DNA of 64,000 nucleotides from the NCBI GenBank assembly GCA_963691875.1, contig OY829846.1, forward strand, positions 96,001 to 160,000. The letters run 5' to 3'. The DNA is from Aureliella sp. (GTDB lineage Bacteria; Planctomycetota; Planctomycetia; Pirellulales; Pirellulaceae). The notes under the pieces are model-generated. The model ran no database searches. It was not told the DNA's origin and worked only from the letters and a program-made list of their open reading frames with translations. Shown here in pieces: positions 11,437-22,276 of this stretch. The position numbers and the translations under genes are program-made. Within the stretch, counting starts at the first letter, position 1. Each line of letters starts with the position of its first letter.

Positions 11437-12087
11437 ATGACGAAAACCGTACTATTTTCGGTAGCAACCTTGTGCCTGTTGGTTTGTCCAGAGAACGTGT
11501 TCGGCCAGATCGATTCGAATAAGCCAGAAGTGAAGGGTGCCGAAGAAAAACTAGCCAAAGTAACCTTTGGCGGTGGATGCTTCTGGTGCGTGGAAGCTGT
11601 GTTTGAGAACGTCAGAGGCGTCGAAGATGTCGTTTCCGGCTACGCAGGGGGGCGACGTCCCAATCCGAATTACAAGCAAGTGTGCACAGGCCGCACAGGC
11701 CACGCCGAGGTCTGTGAAATCAAATACAATCCCGAGGAAGTCTCCTTTAAGGAGCTGCTAGAGATTTTCTGGAAAACTCACGACCCAACGACGCTGAATC
11801 GCCAAGGTGTTGACGTTGGGACTCAATACCGAAGCGTCATCTTTTATCACGATGTTGAGCAGAAGAAGTTGGCAGAGAAGTATAAGAACAGTTTGGACGA
11901 GTCCGGAGCGTTTGCAAATAAGATCGTAACGCAGATCACGAAGGCCCCCAAGTTTTACGTAGCTGAAGACTACCACCAGGATTACTATCGAAAGAATCCG
12001 GGGCAAGGTTACTGTGCGGCCGTCGTTCGACCGAAAGTCGAAAAGTTCAAGAAGGTGTTTGCTGACAAAGTCGCGAAGCCGAAATAG
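11437..12087 (+). CDS. msrA: Peptide-methionine (S)-S-oxide reductase, exported
   Basis: GGGCFWCVE, GHAEV, HDPT, AEDYHQDY; signal peptide. Confidence 0.96.
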   Translation: MTKTVLFSVATLCLLVCPENVFGQIDSNKPEVKGAEEKLAKVTFGGGCFWCVEAVFENVRGVEDVVSGYAGGRRPNPNYKQVCTGRTGHAEVCEIKYNPEEVSFKELLEIFWKTHDPTTLNRQGVDVGTQYRSVIFYHDVEQKKLAEKYKNSLDESGAFANKIVTQITKAPKFYVAEDYHQDYYRKNPGQGYCAAVVRPKVEKFKKVFADKVAKPK

Positions 12088-12202
12088 AACAGTAATCGTT
12101 TAGCTTGCAGTTCTTCGAAGGCCGATAACTAGAACAGTGCTGATACGGCGATTTCACCTCTTCGCAGTGAACCGATCTAATTCGCTCAGACAAGCTAAGT
12201 CG

Positions 12203-13057
12203 CTATGCCTCTCCGGTTTCCAGCGGCAAGTTATGATCGGCGCCCCACTCTGCCCAGGAGCCATCGTAGACTGAGATGTTACGATGGCCCTGCTCGTAAG
12301 CAGCCAACGCCAAGATGCACGCGGTAACACCAGAGCCGCATGAGCATACGAGCCTCTGCTCACAAGCAAGCTTGCCAGTAAATAGCTTGGTCAATTCTTC
12401 TCGCGGCAAAAGTTTGCCATCGGAGATAAGCTGCGAGGCAGGCAGACTCTTGCTGCCCGGAATATGGCCACCACGCACCTCCGGCCGCGGCTCAGGATCG
12501 GTCGCAGCAAACCTTCCCAGCGGGCGAGCATCCACGATACTTGTCGCAGAATCGCCCGTCGCTTCCAAAACTTGATCCGATAAACACAGCCATGACTCAA
12601 CGGGTTTCGCTTCAAAATCTCCCGGAAGGCCGGAGTAGGCCTCTGGAGCGACTGTCTCCAGCCCGGCGGCCGTCCAAGCCGGAAGTCCGCCAGCGAGGAC
12701 AAACACTGACTCATGGCCCATCGCACGAAACATCCACCACGCTCGCGGCGAGCTATAAACGCCATGATGATCGTAGATCACAACTAAGCTCTCTCGAGAA
12801 ACGCCAAGCATTCTTACTTGAGCTTCGAAATGCTGCGGAGTGGGGACCGTATTGGGAGAAGGTGCTGACTTGTCGACGAAGACTTGCTTCATGTCAAAAT
12901 CTCGAGCACCTGGTAAACGCGTGTCCAAGTAGGAATCGGGTGGCTTGGGCTGTCCAACCTTGGCTATCGTTGCGTCGAGCAGCACAAGATTCTCGTCTGC
13001 GAGGTGCTCCTTTAACCACTGAGTGTCGACCAAAGGAGATTCCATTCCTAAACCCAT
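12203..13057 (-). CDS. sseA: Two-domain rhodanese / 3-mercaptopyruvate sulfurtransferase
   Basis: CGSGVTA active site, YDGSWAEW, GHIPGS. Confidence 0.88.
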   Translation of the reverse strand: MGLGMESPLVDTQWLKEHLADENLVLLDATIAKVGQPKPPDSYLDTRLPGARDFDMKQVFVDKSAPSPNTVPTPQHFEAQVRMLGVSRESLVVIYDHHGVYSSPRAWWMFRAMGHESVFVLAGGLPAWTAAGLETVAPEAYSGLPGDFEAKPVESWLCLSDQVLEATGDSATSIVDARPLGRFAATDPEPRPEVRGGHIPGSKSLPASQLISDGKLLPREELTKLFTGKLACEQRLVCSCGSGVTACILALAAYEQGHRNISVYDGSWAEWGADHNLPLETGEA

Positions 13058-13162
13058 TGTGTTCCTTTTGATAAATGAGATAGCCTTTCGAGCTCAATTC
13101 TCTGCGGCAGAGGTAGTTTGGAGAGCCGAAGGTTTCTGGTTGCCGGGAAGTAAATGTGGCTA

Positions 13163-14452
13163 CTAATCGGCTATCTGTTGCATGAACCGGATGTAGTTTG
13201 CCCAGTCCCAGGCGTTGATGTCGTGCTTTCCCTCGCGAAGATGGTAGCTAACACGACCAATTTCCGCCGTGTTGGCCGGCGGCAACTCCTCTAGCTTTAA
13301 ACCCGCATGCCCTAGAGCCTCGTAGACTGTGCTAGAAAGCTTGGCCGAGAGGAACTCTCCCTTGGGGTCAGCCCAACGGTCCTCGGATGCACTGGCAACG
13401 TAAACCGGCCTCGGTGCAAGTAGTGCGACTAGTTGATGCTGGTCGATGGGTAAGGCAGATTCGTTCTTGTTGTACCGCTTGAAGTCTCCGCAGAACCAGT
13501 GTGGAAAAGAAGTGTTGATGCGTTCCACCGTTTCGCCAAAAGCACGTCGACTGAGCGCTGCGCCGCCGCATCCTGAATCGTTCGAAATTGCGCCAGCAAA
13601 ACGTGCGTCCATGGCTGCTGTCCAAAGCGAAGTTTTGCCCAGACGCGAGTGCCCAATTACAACCACTCTTTCGCCATCAACTGCCTTTACCTCTTGTTGC
13701 AAGCAATCCAGCATCCGTGACAGTCCCCATGCCCATGCGGAGATCGTGCCCCAGCGGTCAGGGTGCTCCGCATCTGGACGGTGCCTTGGGAACAAGGCAT
13801 GCACGCCATTGTTGAAACCATCATCATAATCTGGGTCGATATCCCCGCAGTAACACGTGGCTACACCGAATCCGGCGTCGACAATCATTTCGACCGGCCA
13901 ACGCGATTTGCTTGCGCCGCGTCCGGCCTCCGTCGCGCGATTGTCCTCAACGCCTTTATCTTTTGACGAGCGACACCATGATGGCGTCACGGTAATCATC
14001 TTGTCGTCCGCCACTGTGTGATTACCAAAGAAACTCAAGCCTAGGAATGTTGGAACTGGCTTCGTTGCTTTCGTAGGTGTGAATACAAGGAGATCGATGC
14101 TGTGTTCTCCTGCCTCTGTGGCGAGCTTAACGCGAAACTGTTGACGCAGTGCCTTTCCATCGAATGACTTACCGCCTTCGATTTTCTCAAATCGTATTTT
14201 GAATTCGGAGTCAGGTTGCGTCCCGTACATCTGGTTACCAAAGAGCTGCAATAGCTCTGCGCGTCTTGGCTTCCAGCGCTCAGCCGTCTTTTCGCCGTCG
14301 TCCTGCCAAATGGGTGGGAGTTGGTAAGAAGGTACTTTTGACTCGTCGTAGTTTGCGACAAACTTCTTTTGTGCGAGAAGCGGCGAGCAACTTGCGGCCA
14401 CAAAAACGCTGAGCCCAAAGACTAGGGTTGCTCGAAAAAGTTGGCTCGACAT
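13163..14452 (-). CDS. CE15 glucuronoyl esterase-like hydrolase, exported
   Basis: GHSRLGK, SGCGGA, LPIDQH, WADPKGE. Confidence 0.88.
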   Translation of the reverse strand: MSSQLFRATLVFGLSVFVAASCSPLLAQKKFVANYDESKVPSYQLPPIWQDDGEKTAERWKPRRAELLQLFGNQMYGTQPDSEFKIRFEKIEGGKSFDGKALRQQFRVKLATEAGEHSIDLLVFTPTKATKPVPTFLGLSFFGNHTVADDKMITVTPSWCRSSKDKGVEDNRATEAGRGASKSRWPVEMIVDAGFGVATCYCGDIDPDYDDGFNNGVHALFPRHRPDAEHPDRWGTISAWAWGLSRMLDCLQQEVKAVDGERVVVIGHSRLGKTSLWTAAMDARFAGAISNDSGCGGAALSRRAFGETVERINTSFPHWFCGDFKRYNKNESALPIDQHQLVALLAPRPVYVASASEDRWADPKGEFLSAKLSSTVYEALGHAGLKLEELPPANTAEIGRVSYHLREGKHDINAWDWANYIRFMQQIAD

Positions 14453-14821
14453 TGGCGTAATCCAGGTGTTGAGGTACCAAGGCGAGTCAAAGTTTCACGC
14501 CGCATACTTTGGAAACCCGACGTGTGGGCGAGAGACAAGGCTGATTCATTTGCTCAGGCTTCGGGTTACTAAACTACTTCTTGTACGCAGTGAAACCTTG
14601 TTCGCACTGGTTGAGGAACGTAATCACAGAGAACAGAATAATACCAATTGCTACAATAAAAGATTGTCGGCCTCGACGCCACTAGGTGCCCGTAGCAAAC
14701 CTGCTTCCGGTTCCTACCCACCTAACTTACAATTTGCTTCGCCGCCTTTGGGAGGAGCAACGATTCCTCACCTACCTCTGCTGCTAACCAAGCAGTCTTA
14801 TCACCATTTGGAGACAGTTCG

Positions 14822-15763
14822 ATGCAGCTTCGTCTTCTTAAGCTTGCGCTTTTGTTCAACTGCTTAGTCGCCGCCCAAGTACTTCGTGCCCAGGATGCGA
14901 AAGTCACCTTCGAGCAGCACAAAGACAAAATCACTGTGTTGCTGAACGACTCCTTATTCACGGAATACGTTTTTGCTGGATATGAAAAGCCAATCCTCTA
15001 CCCCGTCATTGGTCCTGCCGGGACTTCAATGACCCGAGACTATCCGATGAAAAAGGACACGCCGAACGAGAAGCCGGATCATCCGCACCACAAATCGATC
15101 TGGTTTGGCCACATGAAAGTGAACAATGAAAGCTTCTGGCACGTCGGCAAGAATGCTGGGACGACGGAGCATGTTGGCTATGAGATCAAGGGAAATTCGA
15201 TTCACAGTAAGAACAAGTTGGTGGATCGTGACGGAGAAATTATGGCAATGGACAGTCGCGTGATCGCATTCGGTGGCAGCAGTCAATCTAGATGGATAGA
15301 CTATACGGTCACGTATCACGCGAGTGAATCGGACTTGGTTTTTGGCGACAATAAAGACGGACAAATGGGAATTCGCATGAACGCGGCACTTCGAATTGCT
15401 GGTCCAATTGCCACAGGCAAAGCAATCAACGCGGAGGGAGTTCGCGAGAAGAATATTTGGGGTAAACGTGCTCCTTGGATCGACTACTGGGGAGAAATCG
15501 ACGGCAAGAAAGTAGGGATCGCGATGTTCGATCACCCAACTAACCTCCGGCATCCCACGTGGTGGCATGCTCGTGATTATGGCCTACTATCCGCAAACCC
15601 TTTTGGTATCCACCACTTCGAGTCCAAGGCAGATGGCAAAGCCGGTGAGCACACTTTGAAAAAGGGCGGGAGCTTGACCTTCCGCCATCGTTTCTTGTTC
15701 CACTTGGGTGATTACAAGTCCGCGGGAGTTGCAAAGGCTTACAAGAGCTGGTCTGATCACTAA
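14822..15763 (+). CDS. PmoA/DUF6807 family exported protein
   Basis: KPILYP, DHPHHKSIW, WHARDYGL. Confidence 0.8.
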   Translation: MQLRLLKLALLFNCLVAAQVLRAQDAKVTFEQHKDKITVLLNDSLFTEYVFAGYEKPILYPVIGPAGTSMTRDYPMKKDTPNEKPDHPHHKSIWFGHMKVNNESFWHVGKNAGTTEHVGYEIKGNSIHSKNKLVDRDGEIMAMDSRVIAFGGSSQSRWIDYTVTYHASESDLVFGDNKDGQMGIRMNAALRIAGPIATGKAINAEGVREKNIWGKRAPWIDYWGEIDGKKVGIAMFDHPTNLRHPTWWHARDYGLLSANPFGIHHFESKADGKAGEHTLKKGGSLTFRHRFLFHLGDYKSAGVAKAYKSWSDH

Positions 15764-15798
15764 AAAAGGGCGGACGAAATAATTCGCCCGCCCCAGTT
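15762..15798. terminator. Intrinsic terminator hairpin
   Basis: A6-GGGCGGACGAA..TTCGCCCGCCC imperfect stem at the stop of 14822..15763. Confidence 0.6.
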
Positions 15799-15998
15799 TG
15801 CGAACAAGTGATTCTGCCCCACACACTCATTCGCTCGACAACTAGTTGCCTAGGTATTTGCATCGGCCTGACCCCATATCCTACTAGTATTACCTTCGCG
15901 AATTTGCACATGTCCGCCGAGAGACTACTCTAGGACACCCCCACAGACGAAGCTTCGTCGGTGTTTTAAATAGTTCCACTCCCTAAATACCCCAAAAG

Positions 15999-17324
15999 TT
16001 GACAGCAATGACACAATCCGCAACTGCTAGCAGAATCGATCGTCGCAAGTTCGTGAGTGCATCTGCAGCCACGGTAGCAGCTTCCGGCTATTTCACCAGT
16101 TCCGCCACAGCTCTCTCGAACTCTCCAAATGAGAAGCTGAATTTGGCGTGTATAGGAACCGCAAACCGAGCGGCGGCAGACATCGCCGAGGTTGCACATG
16201 AGCAGATTGTGGCACTCTGTGATGTGGATTCGAACAACTTGAAACGCAAGCAGATGGAGTTTGCAGACGCCCGCGGCTACGCTGACTACCGCGAATTGCT
16301 CGAAAATGAGGGAGATCGAGTAGACGCTGTCGTCATCGGAACGACTGACCACCATCACGCGCCAGCGACCATCCGGGCGATTCGGGCTGGTAAACACGTT
16401 TATTGCGAGAAACCTCTGACACACACCGTTGAAGAAGCACGCATCATCGCGTCTGCTGCAAAAGAAGCGGGTGTTGTGACTCAGATGGGTACACAGATTC
16501 ACGCAGGGGACAACTATCGTCGCGTGGTCGAAATCGTGCAAGCAGGCGTTTTGGGTGACATTACGGATGTGCACGTTTGGGTCGGCAAGGGGTGGGGCGA
16601 GAAGCCAGACTTTGTCCGAGGCGAGCCAAGTGATCCACCTCCGCATCTTGACTGGGACCTCTGGCTCGGACCTGCACCAGAGCGGCCGTATTCAAAGGGC
16701 CGTTACCACCCAGCTCAGTGGCGCCGCTACTGGGACTTTGGCCAAGGCACGCTTGGCGATATGGGCTGCCATTACATGGACCTTCCCTTCTGGGCGCTCG
16801 GGCTTCGACACCCTGTCTCCGTCCAGGCAGAGGGCCCCGCAGTGAACAGCGAGACAGCCCCCTTGGGGCTAACCGTCCGTTACAAGTTCCCAAAAACCGA
16901 TCGGCACCCAGCTTTGAACTTCACCTGGTACGACGGAAACATGATTCCCAAGTCGATTAACGGTGTACGCGTCAAAGCTAACGGCGTGATGTTTATTGGC
17001 AGCGAGGGAATGATGTTTGCTGACTATGGCAGCTACCGTTTGATGCCCCCAGCGAACTTTGCCGACTTCAAGCCACCGAAGCAAACGATTCCCAAGTCGA
17101 TCGGGCACCACCGTGAATGGCTTCAAGCTTGTCGAGACGGCTCACCGACTACCTGCAACTTTGACTACTCCGGTGCACTTACTGAAACCGTCTTGCTTGG
17201 CAATGTAGCCTATCGCAGCGGCACCAAATTTGGCTGGGACGGAGCAACGCTCATAGCCGACAACGCCGATGCGCAAAAGCTCATAGCCAAGGAATACCGC
17301 GCCGGATGGGAAGTTAGAGCTTAA
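15999..17324 (+). CDS. Tat-exported Gfo/Idh/MocA oxidoreductase
   Basis: DRRKFV twin-arginine signal, GKHVYCEKP, WDLWLGPAP, GDMGCH. Confidence 0.92.
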   Translation: MTAMTQSATASRIDRRKFVSASAATVAASGYFTSSATALSNSPNEKLNLACIGTANRAAADIAEVAHEQIVALCDVDSNNLKRKQMEFADARGYADYRELLENEGDRVDAVVIGTTDHHHAPATIRAIRAGKHVYCEKPLTHTVEEARIIASAAKEAGVVTQMGTQIHAGDNYRRVVEIVQAGVLGDITDVHVWVGKGWGEKPDFVRGEPSDPPPHLDWDLWLGPAPERPYSKGRYHPAQWRRYWDFGQGTLGDMGCHYMDLPFWALGLRHPVSVQAEGPAVNSETAPLGLTVRYKFPKTDRHPALNFTWYDGNMIPKSINGVRVKANGVMFIGSEGMMFADYGSYRLMPPANFADFKPPKQTIPKSIGHHREWLQACRDGSPTTCNFDYSGALTETVLLGNVAYRSGTKFGWDGATLIADNADAQKLIAKEYRAGWEVRA

Positions 17325-17570
17325 CGCCCATCCGATCCGTTCCTCGCAACTTTTCTGTAATTGGTCCAGCGATAGTAGCGGACGATGTTAAGAGTCTGGC
17401 GGAAGCACTTAGTTTTGCTTGGCAAAGTTGTCGCTAGAGGGCTAAAAAGCCATGCTTTCCGCCATCCCTACCTCACTATGCATCCCACCACTGCATGTTG
17501 ATTTATTAGGATAATTTCTCCTACTCCCATAGGGATAGTAAGAATAGGTCCTCGGACACAACCGGGGATA

Positions 17571-17906
17571 ATGAAGACTTCTGTATCTAAATTGGGCCCA
17601 CTCATGGCAGAATGGCAATACATCACGCTGGTCTACGGTACCGCCGACAAGCAGGGACGACGATGGGTTATCACTGCGCCAGATCCAAACTCTGAAAGTG
17701 GACAGGTCGGCAAGGCTGAAAAGGGGCGCATCGGGGGCCGCGTCTGGCAGGCGATGAGGCTACTCGAAATAGCTTTAGAGGAACTCGACGCCGATGGGCG
17801 GGAACTTGTGTCAACCTCCTTCTCTGGTCTGTTCATCTTTTACGGCACGGCCGTATTGCGACGTCCGAAATCGGGGGAGTCCGGAGACTTTGAATCGCAG
17901 GGGTGA
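17571..17906 (+). CDS. Small hypothetical protein (DUF4177-like pattern)
   Basis: WQY..., LEELDADGRELVS..., LRRP pattern. Confidence 0.5.
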   Translation: MKTSVSKLGPLMAEWQYITLVYGTADKQGRRWVITAPDPNSESGQVGKAEKGRIGGRVWQAMRLLEIALEELDADGRELVSTSFSGLFIFYGTAVLRRPKSGESGDFESQG

Positions 17907-18099
17907 ATCTTAACCCTCGAAGGCCGAAGACGAATAGACTTCGGGGCACCTTCTCTCAGCCATTTGTCTGGCCGCGTTATATTGTTCCTAGCATTGCCTG
18001 CTGTGATTGGCGATGGCCAGCTGATTTTGAACTCAACGTCAACTCCCGCCGTCCCGTGATGCGGGACGTTATTACGCTTCCATCAATTCCCGATCTAAG

Positions 18100-18723
18100 A
18101 TGACAACACCAGAGCATGCTCTTGTCGGCATTCACGCTGCTGTGGCGACGGGTCTGTCCTACAGATATGACTGGAATCTAATCGCTCTCGCCGGCATCGC
18201 ATCGATCATCCCTGACTGGGATGGCATACCAATGCTTTTTGACATGTCACGCTTTGAGTCTGGTCATAGAGTTTGGGGACACAATTTCATTTCCATCCTA
18301 CTGTCGTCATTTTTATTGGCGTGGTCACAAAGTCATTATTGTTGGCTGGAGTACATCGGCAAAAAGATTGTCCGATTCCTCCCATCCGACGCAAACCTAG
18401 CAGCTACCAATTCAAACTGCTCAACAGCTATTTTGTTTTTGATTGCAGTCATCGTGCAGGTAATTCATTTGCCATGCGACATGGTCGTTTCTGGTGGTAA
18501 TGGCCTTTCGGATTGGCTAACCAAACCGTTTTGGCCATTCAACGATGCAGGCTTCGTATATCCGTTGATCCCCTGGGGCGATGTCGGGCCAACGATCATT
18601 CTCATGGCCGGACTAATTCTGTCCGCCAAATATCCAACGAACAGTTCCGGTTTTTCGATTGGGACATTAGCTTGCCTTTGCGTGTATTTAATCGTCCGCG
18701 GATCAATGCACGGTGCCGTCTGA
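18100..18723 (+). CDS. Membrane metal-dependent hydrolase (YdjM/DUF457-like)
   Basis: EH, PDWD, HRVWGHN, HLPCD, FWPF motifs. Confidence 0.8.
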   Translation: MTTPEHALVGIHAAVATGLSYRYDWNLIALAGIASIIPDWDGIPMLFDMSRFESGHRVWGHNFISILLSSFLLAWSQSHYCWLEYIGKKIVRFLPSDANLAATNSNCSTAILFLIAVIVQVIHLPCDMVVSGGNGLSDWLTKPFWPFNDAGFVYPLIPWGDVGPTIILMAGLILSAKYPTNSSGFSIGTLACLCVYLIVRGSMHGAV

Positions 18724-18782
18724 CACCCTATGGTGTGATGAAAATGCGTTGAACTCGCAGTTGCGTTGCCGTGTGAATCTGC

Positions 18783-19223
18783 ATGGAGTCAATCGTCGCG
18801 GCTCGGTTAACACAAGCGTTTTTGCATCATCGATCCATGATGCAAGATTCCGTTGGCAAAATTCACAAGCTAGGATTTTATTGCCTTGAATTGGGCGATT
18901 ATTCCGGTGGACTGGACGCGTTCGCACGCGCCAACGGGCTCTGCCCAAACGCCCATGAAATGTTGCACTTCATTGGCGTCGCCCTTGCAGGACATAGGCT
19001 ACACCAACAAGCATTGGAACGAATAGAAGCAGCGGTGAGGCTGTTTCCGCAAGTTTCTGACGCACTCGCAGATCTCGGCGACTGTTTTGCAAAACTGGGG
19101 AGATGTGGCGATAGGAAGGTTGTGTGCGGGGAGGCGTTAGAGTCCCTTCTGCCAGGCGAAGAATTGCGAACGCGGGTAGAACCAATTTTTGGTTGGCCTA
19201 GCCTAGATCAATCAAGCGAATAA
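18783..19223 (+). CDS. TPR-like fragment, possibly degenerate
   Basis: TPR-like helices (LGDYSGGLDAFARA..P..). Confidence 0.4.
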   Translation: MESIVAARLTQAFLHHRSMMQDSVGKIHKLGFYCLELGDYSGGLDAFARANGLCPNAHEMLHFIGVALAGHRLHQQALERIEAAVRLFPQVSDALADLGDCFAKLGRCGDRKVVCGEALESLLPGEELRTRVEPIFGWPSLDQSSE

Positions 19224-19749
19224 TCACAGCTTCCGGCCACACGCAAAGGTAATTGGCGATCACGGCGTCGAGCACGACTACGAGCAGTGCTTTCCAGCTT
19301 TGAGAACTGCTACACCGACGTGAGGCAAGCACTCTGGGCCGGGGCCTAGGTGACTTTCTTGATTTCTCCCGCCTTTCAAATAGCCTTCACGAGCATGTAC
19401 CTGTGATTGAGATAAACTGAAGTTGCAGTCTCAGAAGTAAATCAGACTACAGCGAAAACTCGCAAAAGTGGTGCCCAATACCCCACGCCTTTCGCTAAGT
19501 TTTGGATCGGTTTCTGGGAACGCATCAACGTGTTACTCGTGAAGGCTGACCTGCCGAAAACCTGTGTAACTAGCTTGCCCGGGTTGTCTGAATTCCCTGC
19601 TCGCGTTGTCCCTTCCTCACTAAGCATCCCACAACCTTATGTTGCTGTATTAGGATAAGGCTCCTATTCTCATAAAGATACGTTAGCTCACGAGACATGT
19701 CCCCAGTCACAACCGGGCACGATTGAAAGTTATCTCCTGGAACATTGGA

Positions 19750-20268
19750 ATGCAAAATAATCTGGTTTTCACACTTGCTCTTTGTCTTCTTCTGCCAATT
19801 TCTACCGTTGCTCAAGAGGATGCGGAAACTCCGTCACTCAAAAAGTTGCATCAGGCGATTGCTGAACTCGGTGACCGTCATTACCCAAAGTCTACTTCGC
19901 ATGTGTTTCAAGACACAATCGGATTCGAGTATGCGACGCGCATTTATGTCACGCGAGTGGTCTCCAAAGCAATTCCCCCGCCGCTGGCTCCGGAACGCGG
20001 GCCAATGAACGGCGGCGTTTGGTGTAATGTCTACTACCGCCCAGGGGATCTGGAAACTGAGCCGGCCTACGCCAGAAGTGAGGGGAGCACGAAGCGAGAG
20101 TTCTTCAAAGAGTACATTTACTATCCAAACGACAGTCGGAAAAAATGCCATCTGGTCGTTACCTTACGACTGCCGATGAAAACAACGAAGGCACAAATGC
20201 TATTCGTAAAGGAGTTGCGTGAATTATTAAACCAATTTGGAAAGTACCTGCCCGCAAACGATGGATAA
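19750..20268 (+). CDS. Exported hypothetical protein
   Basis: MQNNLVFTLALCLLLPISTVAQ signal peptide; stop codon lies in an attC-like AAC end. Confidence 0.65.
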   Translation: MQNNLVFTLALCLLLPISTVAQEDAETPSLKKLHQAIAELGDRHYPKSTSHVFQDTIGFEYATRIYVTRVVSKAIPPPLAPERGPMNGGVWCNVYYRPGDLETEPAYARSEGSTKREFFKEYIYYPNDSRKKCHLVVTLRLPMKTTKAQMLFVKELRELLNQFGKYLPANDG

Positions 20269-20352
20269 CTATCGCGGGAGTCGGAGCACTCCTTCACGCG
20301 GTATCTCAAATCAGTGTCTCCCGCTCGTACCCTGTTACGGCAGGCGTTCGGC
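20263..20352 (+). repeat. attC-like imperfect palindrome
   Basis: GGATAAC...GCGGGAG...CTCCCGC...GTTCGGC; upstream stop inside the TAAC, next ATG 18 bp after. Confidence 0.4.
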
Positions 20353-20370
20353 AAGGAAAGGAAAACGGGA

Positions 20371-20574
20371 ATGGGCTCGATCGCATGTCCTGAATGTAGC
20401 AAATCAATTTCTGACATGGCCGTGAGTTGTCCGTCATGCGGATACCAATTGGTAACACTAGGTGCCGGCAACAGCTCCGCGCGGAGGGCCCTCTTGAAAG
20501 TCGCGATCTGCCTCGGCCCTTGCGAGTTCTGGAATCATTGTTGTTTGTCGCGGCCCTGTGAACGGGAACATTAA
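20371..20574 (+). pseudogene. Zinc-ribbon protein remnant
   Basis: MGSIACPECSKSISDMAVSCPSCGY double CxxC, then degenerates. Confidence 0.5.
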
Positions 20575-21770
20575 GCTCGGGCTCGACTCTTTCCTGAATT
20601 CGTAATAGAGTCGAATGGGAAGTGCTGAATTCAATCCAAATGGATACAGGGCTGACCATCGTTTCGAATGGTTGTCCGACACTTTATTGGAGAGGATCTT
20701 TTGCTGACGCGTTACGGCTCCAGGACCAATCGCGCGCAATCGTAAACTCGAGCGTTATTCGTACTAACTCGAGAGTAAATGAATCTGCAAATACTCGGCA
20801 AGGATGGAAGCGACCGTAGAACGCATCTCGAGACTTCAATCGTGATGCTTCGTAAGTCGTTGGGGTACACTGAAATCGTCAGCAGCAAAATTTCTTGTGG
20901 TGGCCACTAGAATGATGCTAAAGCGAAATATCACCCACCTTCGATCGGTCAACCGATCGCGTAACCTTGATATGCGACGGCAAAAGCCTACGACCAGCCG
21001 ATTGTTACGCCCGTCTGGCTGAAATTCCTCGGCAAGGTATTCACTGATGAGCTGTCGTCAAAAACGCCGGTGTCGGCGTTGAAGATCGCATTTGCAGATG
21101 TCAATGGCGATGTGAAAGGGCAATACGCTTAGGTGCACAAACAACGAAGGGACACTCAGATTCTGACGGGCGTGAACCTGACGGAAAAGCTCAATGTGAC
21201 TTATCCGCTCCGAAATCCAGAAGATGTAACGCGCGAGAGTTACGAATCAACGACTCGGACGATAACTACATTTGAACTAGGGTATTATTAACGCGAAGTC
21301 ATTTGTTCAGGTTCGTTTCTGACTACCCTTACAACGCCTTCAGGGCAAACCGCAAGGATGGTGCGGCGTCGTTGGCCGCAATGCTGATTTGGTTACAGAC
21401 TCTGATGCATCGGGCAAATGAATCGACCTATGCGCTGAAAGAGAATTCGCTAACGGCAAGACAGGAGTAACTTCGCCAACCCTACCCTTACGACTACGGC
21501 ATCTTGGTCGCAGCCTTTGCCAATCTAAATGGTGTGTACAAAGCACTGGATGCGGCTAAATAGGTTTATGTTGAACGCCTGATGGGGGAATCCGGTCCTG
21601 TGGAGAACACCTTTTCCATTAGGGAGTGACCCAGACGACCAATCTAAAAGCGCCAGAGGGATTGCCTAGTTCTGCTATTCGTAAAAAACCGAGGCGAATT
21701 TGCAAGCACTTGGCCACTAAACGCTTAAGCGGGTATAAAATATCGGCCAACTTACAGAGAAAGAGCTGCT

Positions 21771-22172
21771 ATGTCTTCGGAAACCGAACCGCTAGAGTTT
21801 GTGCGTGAAACCCAAGATCGCCTAAACGGCCGATGGAGGTTTCGTACCAAAATTGCCTTCGTCATATCTGCAGCCGGATTTCTCATAATTGGCTCAGTTG
21901 CTGGATTCTCCCTCGCCCGCACATTCACCCCTCTTAGCCAGGCGTCTGATTACGAGCGTGAGTTGGTGAATGGGCATCGACGCGCAAAAGCTGATTTCGA
22001 AAAGAACCTTGCCAAGATTGAAGACGCGAGTCGCGATGCGGCGCGCATAGCCCAGATTCTGAACAGCAAACGAATACCAACGCCGAGAGGGCAAGTGGCT
22101 ACCGAGGAGCGGAAGGTCCGCGTTAGCGCGAAACCTGCGACACCTGATATCGTAGCGCCCGAAAATCTCTAG
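21771..22172 (+). CDS. Single-TM protein, paralog of 39165..39755
   Basis: RWR..I + TM (S.AGF) + GHRRAKADFEKNLA matches GNRKALSDFKKNLA. Confidence 0.7.
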   Translation: MSSETEPLEFVRETQDRLNGRWRFRTKIAFVISAAGFLIIGSVAGFSLARTFTPLSQASDYERELVNGHRRAKADFEKNLAKIEDASRDAARIAQILNSKRIPTPRGQVATEERKVRVSAKPATPDIVAPENL

Positions 22173-22276
22173 AAACGTGTTTCCAGTCGCACACCCATTT
22201 TGCTAGAAGGGAGTTCAAAGAAGGTCACGAACGGATTCGGACCTCAAATTAAAATTGCTCATGGAAGGGCATCAAA

